DNA of 40,388 nt, taken from a virus. Taxonomy: Duplodnaviria > Caudoviricetes. The first letter of the stretch is position 1. The number at the start of each line of letters is the position of its first letter. This document shows positions 35,466 to 40,388 of this stretch, in pieces. Both the position numbers and the translations under genes were made by a program. The notes beneath the pieces were generated by a model, which was given only the letters and a program-made list of their open reading frames with translations, was not told the origin of the DNA and ran no database searches. The stretch covers positions 1 to 40,388 of IMG/VR virus record IMGVR_UViG_3300032373_001138. The stretch is one strand, 5' to 3'.

Positions 35466-36404
35466 TTAGGGCTGAAACCCCCACAGGCCGTTTTCCGAGA
35501 CAAGATATGGCGACAACTGGGCCCAACGTTTGGGACCAAACGCCTGGTGCAGCGCCTTGGCGCTTGATTGCGCATGATCGAGCAGTTCGCGCGCACTGAA
35601 CCGTTTGCCGTCACGGTAACCATCAACCAGCATGGTGATAATGTCTACGTGGATCTCGGAACGAAAATTCACCGTGACCTTGCCATTGATAATCAGCTTT
35701 CGCCCGTCCGGCGACAGCCAGATCGAGGCATTGATATCCGGCAGCGGCACTTGATCAACGCGGGCCGCCAGAATGTCGGGCTCGATGGCCAACCCACCGG
35801 CAAGATCCAGAACATCATGCACCGAAACGATCAGATGCCCGGGCAGCCGGAATTTCTTAAGGCGCTCCTGCCGGGTCGAGGTCAGCAACAAACGCAGGCC
35901 ATCCGCTGGACGCCGCCTGGCAAATTCCGCAACCTCGGCACGAACCGCCGGGAAATCGAGGCGTTTAGCAAACCACGTCGGCAGACGCCGCGCGCGTCCA
36001 TTCAGCCGGATATCGCCAACATCCCAGAGTGTGTCATCGATCATTGCCCGGGGCACCTTCGACTGACCACGATCTATCGCCCCGAACAGCAGCTCAAAAA
36101 ACTGCGCCATTTTGATCGCGTAAATGCGCATTTCCTCCTCGGGGACAATGACCCATCCCGATTTGCCGCTGAAATACGCATACGCCTCAAGATCGGGGTT
36201 CCATTCCACCGCCACCGGGATATCCTCGTAATCATCCATATCGGTGGTCTCATACGTCAGCCCGACGGCCTCGAGAATATCTGCGTTCTCAATTTGAGCG
36301 CGAATATTGCGGCGCCACAGGGTCAGGATGCGGTGCGTGGTTCGACCGCCATTGTGCTCAACCAGACCAAGGACGGTCTCTGCAGCTTTGGGCTCAAGCA
36401 TCAT
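35466..36404 (-). CDS. Hypothetical protein, possibly with C-terminal winged-helix domain
   Basis: 312-aa ORF overlapping the upstream gene by 11 nt; C-terminus (DIITMLVDGY...FSARELLDHAQSS...) has a wHTH-like pattern. Confidence 0.72.
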   Translation of the reverse strand: MMLEPKAAETVLGLVEHNGGRTTHRILTLWRRNIRAQIENADILEAVGLTYETTDMDDYEDIPVAVEWNPDLEAYAYFSGKSGWVIVPEEEMRIYAIKMAQFFELLFGAIDRGQSKVPRAMIDDTLWDVGDIRLNGRARRLPTWFAKRLDFPAVRAEVAEFARRRPADGLRLLLTSTRQERLKKFRLPGHLIVSVHDVLDLAGGLAIEPDILAARVDQVPLPDINASIWLSPDGRKLIINGKVTVNFRSEIHVDIITMLVDGYRDGKRFSARELLDHAQSSAKALHQAFGPKRWAQLSPYLVSENGLWGFQP

Positions 36405-37593
36405 CGATCACCGCCATAAGATCGCGATCAACCAAAAAGCCCCAGCGGCGGAGGTATTTTGCGCTGATCAATTGCTCACGCGCCGTCAGACCTTTCAAAT
36501 TGCAACCGCTCGGCTCGGTGATCGACAGGGCAAGGGTCTTGCCGCGCGGCTCTGCAGCACTTGGCCCGAATTTTGTCGAGATTTTTGCGTGAACAACCGA
36601 CCAATGCCCTCCGCTCAAAGGATTATCGCCCGAGAACCGGTGCGCGAAAGTTTCCCAGATCGTGCGATCAGAAAAGGCGCTTTTCTCAAACGTCATGCGA
36701 TCGGGAACGTCATCGTCCGCCACCAGCCGAAGCGCCGTCACCGTCACGCTCTCAATCCCGTCCACGATATCGCGGTCAAACTTGTGGGGGTGCAACAGCG
36801 CGCTCAGATCGTACTGCAGCACCGGCAAGCGTTGTTCGTTAAACGATTGACCCAGCAAATCGCGCGCCATAAATTTCGTCAGATCAAGGCGGGTGTCCTT
36901 GCGATCGGCAGTCACCTCGATCGCGCCACTTTCAGGCTGGTACGTCAGCGCCGCCTCAAAAACAGGCGTGTCGACCCATCGCGTCAGACGCCCGGCATCA
37001 CTGAAGCGCAGCGCCGCCCCAGGACGTCCCTCACGGTAAACTGCGACCTGGATCAGTTTTTTCGTCTTGCCATCATGGCAATGACGCTGGCGCTCGAAAA
37101 CATCAACCTCGACATTCCTGGTTTTGCACCGCTCACGAATGGCGGACGTAAATGCAGCAATCGCGATCGGGTCGGTTGAAACCGTGCAGTTTTCCGCCAA
37201 AACAAATCCGTCCCAGGCGCGACCATGACGCCGATGATCGGTGTAACGCACTTCCTCGGCTTTGCGAAAGCTTTCGGGCTCATTCAGAAACACCCAGAGT
37301 GCACAGCCATGCCCGACCTCAAGGGATGCGAATATCGCTTGGTCCTTTACCACGCTCAGCAGGGCCGTGTTTCCGGCCTCATCGGCCAGAGTGCTGACGC
37401 GCTCTGCATCAAGCAGGAACTGCCCTTTCTCAGCCTCATCCATCTTGTTAACCGCCTTTAGCAGCGGCTGCATCACGTCCGCCTCCTCGCCTTCCCAGTC
37501 GATTGTGTCCGGAAGATCAAACGCCGCGGTTTCAAAATAGGCGCGCAATGCTGAAACAGGAGATTTGCGCAGAAATGTCGAGATAGATGCCAT
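36394..37593 (-). CDS. Hypothetical protein (399 aa), first gene of a putative SOS-controlled operon
   Basis: ATG 37593 with AAGGA RBS; long ORF with no recognised catalytic motif. Confidence 0.78.
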   Translation of the reverse strand: MASISTFLRKSPVSALRAYFETAAFDLPDTIDWEGEEADVMQPLLKAVNKMDEAEKGQFLLDAERVSTLADEAGNTALLSVVKDQAIFASLEVGHGCALWVFLNEPESFRKAEEVRYTDHRRHGRAWDGFVLAENCTVSTDPIAIAAFTSAIRERCKTRNVEVDVFERQRHCHDGKTKKLIQVAVYREGRPGAALRFSDAGRLTRWVDTPVFEAALTYQPESGAIEVTADRKDTRLDLTKFMARDLLGQSFNEQRLPVLQYDLSALLHPHKFDRDIVDGIESVTVTALRLVADDDVPDRMTFEKSAFSDRTIWETFAHRFSGDNPLSGGHWSVVHAKISTKFGPSAAEPRGKTLALSITEPSGCNLKGLTAREQLISAKYLRRWGFLVDRDLMAVIDDA

Positions 37594-37636
37594 GAAAATA
37601 GTCCTTTCAAATAACCTTTTGGGGCTGGAGAAATGC

Positions 37637-37665
37637 GAACATAGCACGAACATTACTGCTGTGAA
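37637..37665 (-). promoter_or_regulatory. Alphaproteobacterial LexA box overlapping a putative sigma-70 promoter
   Basis: GAAC-ATAGCAC-GAAC at 37637-37651 (GTTC-N7-GTTC on minus); minus-strand TTCACA-16 nt-TATGTT with extended -10 TGn. Confidence 0.72.
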
Positions 37666-37740
37666 GTGTGGAAATCCTTTTTCTTTGCGCGCGCATAAAA
37701 CAAAGATCTAAACCACCATAGCGGGTAATTAGTCACTGTT

Positions 37741-37749
37741 TTATCCACA
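37741..37749 (+). promoter_or_regulatory. Consensus DnaA box
   Basis: TTATCCACA exact match in the divergent control region; single copy. Confidence 0.35.
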
Positions 37750-37967
37750 GGTTTTTGGTGCAGCAGAGCCTAAAATCTGAATCAAATGATTCGAAATTGC
37801 ATAGCTGAACCCGGCACAGCGAAAGGGAGCCCGAGCTGATCTCAAATAAACTACCCCGCTTTGACCCGCAGCCCACCGCAGAACCACGTTAAGCCATTGC
37901 ATACGCTTGTTTTATTCGCTCTCTCGGGTATCGTCTGGTTATCTTTCCAACCAACGAGACGCTTGCC

Positions 37968-38189
37968 ATGAACACCTCCCGATCCGGGCCCAATCCCCTG
38001 TCCCCTGCAACCATGTCAACAGAGGCGCGCCTCGCTGAAATCGGCCGCATTTTCGCCGCCGGTCTGATCCGGATGGCACGCACTAAGTCCAGTTCTTTAT
38101 CTGCCGGAGCGGGAGACAGTTTCCTCGACTTTGCGTCCCATCAGAGCGGTCATGGAGCGGCAAACCCGTCTCATGAAGGAGGACAATAA
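37968..38189 (+). CDS. Small hypothetical protein upstream of DUF2924
   Basis: GPNPLSP..MS.EARLAEIGRIFAAGLIRM; its stop overlaps the next ATG (TAATG). Confidence 0.65.
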   Translation: MNTSRSGPNPLSPATMSTEARLAEIGRIFAAGLIRMARTKSSSLSAGAGDSFLDFASHQSGHGAANPSHEGGQ

Positions 38190-38662
38190 TGAGCCTGCAA
38201 AATCCCACCCCCGACGCGCGCGCCATGGTGCTTGGCAGCCTGGCGGCGCTGAAGGCCATGAGCGTGCCGGAGTTGAAAAAGGAGTGGCAGAATCTGTATC
38301 AAGCGCCAGCCCCCAATAACAGCCGCTCGTTTCTGGAACTGCGGATTGGCTACCGCATTCAGGAGCTGAGTTTTGGCGGGCCGAGCCGCGCCACCAAACG
38401 CGCGCTCAACCTGCTGGCCGATGAGGTCGAGGGGAAAGCGGTACGCAGATCGCAAATCGCCGACCCGCGCACACCGGTCATTGGCACAAAGCTGATCCGG
38501 GAATGGAACGGGGCCGAGCACACAGTCACGGTTATGAAAGACGGGTTTGACTGTCAGGGGCGAAAATTCAAATCTCTTTCCGCTGTCGCGCGCGAAATCA
38601 CCGGCACCCGCTGGAACGGCTATCGTTTCTTCGGGCTTGGCAATACACTGAAGGACACCTGA
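38189..38662 (+). CDS. DUF2924 domain protein
   Basis: LELRIGYRIQEL.FGG, GTKLIREWNG..H.V.V, SLSAVAREITGTRWNG..FFGL; GGAGG RBS. Confidence 0.9.
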   Translation: MSLQNPTPDARAMVLGSLAALKAMSVPELKKEWQNLYQAPAPNNSRSFLELRIGYRIQELSFGGPSRATKRALNLLADEVEGKAVRRSQIADPRTPVIGTKLIREWNGAEHTVTVMKDGFDCQGRKFKSLSAVAREITGTRWNGYRFFGLGNTLKDT

Positions 38663-39996
38663 TGGCACAGACACCACAAACACCCCCAAAACGGCTGCGC
38701 TGCGCGGTTTATACCCGCAAATCTTCCGAGGAAGGGTTGGAACAAGAATTCAATTCGCTCGATGCCCAACGCGAAGCCTGTGAGGCCTATATCGCCAGCC
38801 AACGCTCCGAGGGCTGGAAGGCAATGCGCGAGCAATATAACGACGGCGGGTTTTCTGGCGGCACGCTTGATCGGCCGGGGCTTCAGGTTCTGCTCGAGGA
38901 TGTAAAAGACGGCCTTGTCGATGTGATCGTGGTTTACAAAATCGACCGGCTCAGCCGCTCGCTGATGGATTTTGCCAGGCTGGTTGAGGTGTTTGACGCC
39001 CATGACGTGACCTTCGTTTCCGTCACCCAGTCGTTTAACACCACCACCTCAATGGGGCGGCTGACGCTGAATATTCTGCTGTCATTCGCCCAGTTTGAAC
39101 GTGAAGTCACCGCCGAGCGGATCCGCGACAAGGTCGCCGCCTCGCGCAAGAAGGGCATGTGGATGGGGGGCACCGTGCCGCTTGGCTATGACGTCAAAGA
39201 ACGCAAGCTGGTCATCAATGAGCCGGAAGCCAAAACCATTTGCCATATATTCACCCGGTTCGTGGAACTGGGCTCGGCCACGGTGCTGACCCGCGAACTG
39301 CGCGAAGCCCACACCCTGAACAAGCAAGGGCGCCTGATGGACAAAGGCTATGTATACCGCCTCTTAAATAATCGCCTCTATATCGGCAAGGCAGTCCACA
39401 AAGGCACGGCCTACGCCGGTGAGCATAGGGCGATCATCAGCACGGATCTCTGGGATCGGGTCCACGCCGTCATTCAGGTCAGCCCCCGCAGTCGCGCCGC
39501 CAACACCCGCGCGCAAACGCCAGCTTTGCTTAAGGGGCTGATCTTTACCGACAACGGTACCGCGATGACACCGACCCATACCAGGAAGGGCACCAGACTT
39601 TATCGCTACTATATCTCGATGGATTGCCTCAAAGGACGGGAAACCGGCTTTGAGACTGCGCCACGCCGTTTGCCTGCAGCCATGGTCGAGGAGACCGTAA
39701 CAGGCGAAATCCGCAAGCTGATCCGCACGCCGGAGATCGTGGCGCGCACGGTTGCGGCGCTGGCGGACTCAGAGGCCGACCTTGATGAACAGGATGTACG
39801 GGAAGCCCTCAGCACCTTCGACAACCTCTGGGCCACGCTGTTCCCGGCCGAGCAGGCGCGCATTGTTCAACTGCTGGTCGCCCGCGTCACCATCAGCGCG
39901 AACGGCATCGCGGTCGATCTGCGCACCGATGGCCTGAACGGCGTCGTCCTTGATATTCTCTCCAGCCGCAAAAAACCAGACGAGAAAGCCGCATGA
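38662..39996 (+). CDS. Large serine recombinase (integrase)
   Basis: CAVYTRKS (catalytic Ser), DGGFSGG..DRPGL, VYKIDRLSRS, FAQFERE..AERIRDK, PLGY, recombinase domain. Confidence 0.95.
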   Translation: MAQTPQTPPKRLRCAVYTRKSSEEGLEQEFNSLDAQREACEAYIASQRSEGWKAMREQYNDGGFSGGTLDRPGLQVLLEDVKDGLVDVIVVYKIDRLSRSLMDFARLVEVFDAHDVTFVSVTQSFNTTTSMGRLTLNILLSFAQFEREVTAERIRDKVAASRKKGMWMGGTVPLGYDVKERKLVINEPEAKTICHIFTRFVELGSATVLTRELREAHTLNKQGRLMDKGYVYRLLNNRLYIGKAVHKGTAYAGEHRAIISTDLWDRVHAVIQVSPRSRAANTRAQTPALLKGLIFTDNGTAMTPTHTRKGTRLYRYYISMDCLKGRETGFETAPRRLPAAMVEETVTGEIRKLIRTPEIVARTVAALADSEADLDEQDVREALSTFDNLWATLFPAEQARIVQLLVARVTISANGIAVDLRTDGLNGVVLDILSSRKKPDEKAA

Positions 39997-40388
39997 AACT
40001 CACCCCATCAGATCAAATCCTCCGCGTATTCATCCCCCTCAGCCTGCGCCGCAAAAACGGGCGCCCGAAAATCCTGCCACCCGCCGATCGGCAACCCGCT
40101 GAGGCGCGCACGCAAGATCGCCACATCCTGCGCGTCATTGGCCGTGCCTGGGCCTGGCGGCGGCGTATGGAGGCCGGTGAGTTCTCTACCATTCAGGATC
40201 TCGCCGACCATCTCGGCCTCTCGGACCGCCATGTCAGCAAGACCATGCGGCTCGCGTATCTTGCCCCGGATGTCCTTGAAACCCTGCTGATAAAACGCAC
40301 CCCGCCCGCCGTTTCGCTGGTCCGCCTGGCTGAAATCGTGAACCTTCCATGGGCCGAACAGGCCGCCGAAGCGTTCAGCCCACAGTGA
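39993..40388 (+). CDS. HTH-containing accessory protein downstream of the recombinase
   Basis: ATGA overlap; RAWAWRRRMEAGEFSTIQDLADHLGLSDRHVSKTMRLAYLAPD HTH-like motif. Confidence 0.75.
   Translation: MKLTPSDQILRVFIPLSLRRKNGRPKILPPADRQPAEARTQDRHILRVIGRAWAWRRRMEAGEFSTIQDLADHLGLSDRHVSKTMRLAYLAPDVLETLLIKRTPPAVSLVRLAEIVNLPWAEQAAEAFSPQ

Larger units (their letters stand above)
155..40388. mobile_element. Temperate siphovirus-type prophage with lambda-like head, GTA-like tail tip and serine-recombinase integration module
   Basis: Complete, ordered set of lysis, tail, head, packaging, replication and integration genes. att sites were not identified, so the true ends may lie outside the window. Confidence 0.93.

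Overview
The window is almost entirely one apparently intact temperate siphophage or prophage of an alphaproteobacterium (probably Rhodobacteraceae-like, inferred from gene content). Nearly all genes are on the minus strand. From right to left it holds: a DUF2924/large serine recombinase integration module (+ strand), a divergent control region with an alphaproteobacterial LexA box in front of two uncharacterised genes, an AlpA-like HTH, a recombination/replication module (AAA_24 ATPase, DUF669, Cas4-like nuclease, SF2 helicase, primase-polymerase/helicase) followed by an iteron-rich origin-like region, a RuvC-like resolvase, a lambda-like cos site, a ParB-methyltransferase, lambda-type head genes, a tail with a -1 frameshifted chaperone pair and GTA-type tail tip genes, and a lysis cassette. 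The main surprises are: (1) two antisense morons inside the tail operon, one a bactofilin and one a proteasome-beta/HslV-like Ntn protease with an exactly spaced Thr1-Asp17-Lys33-Gly47 set; (2) no recognisable CI repressor, but an SOS box over the promoter of an unknown two-gene operon; (3) a ~190-aa domain inserted in the GTA-type baseplate protein; (4) short palindromic elements inserted in-frame into tail genes. All family assignments come from motif recognition by eye, not from database searches.
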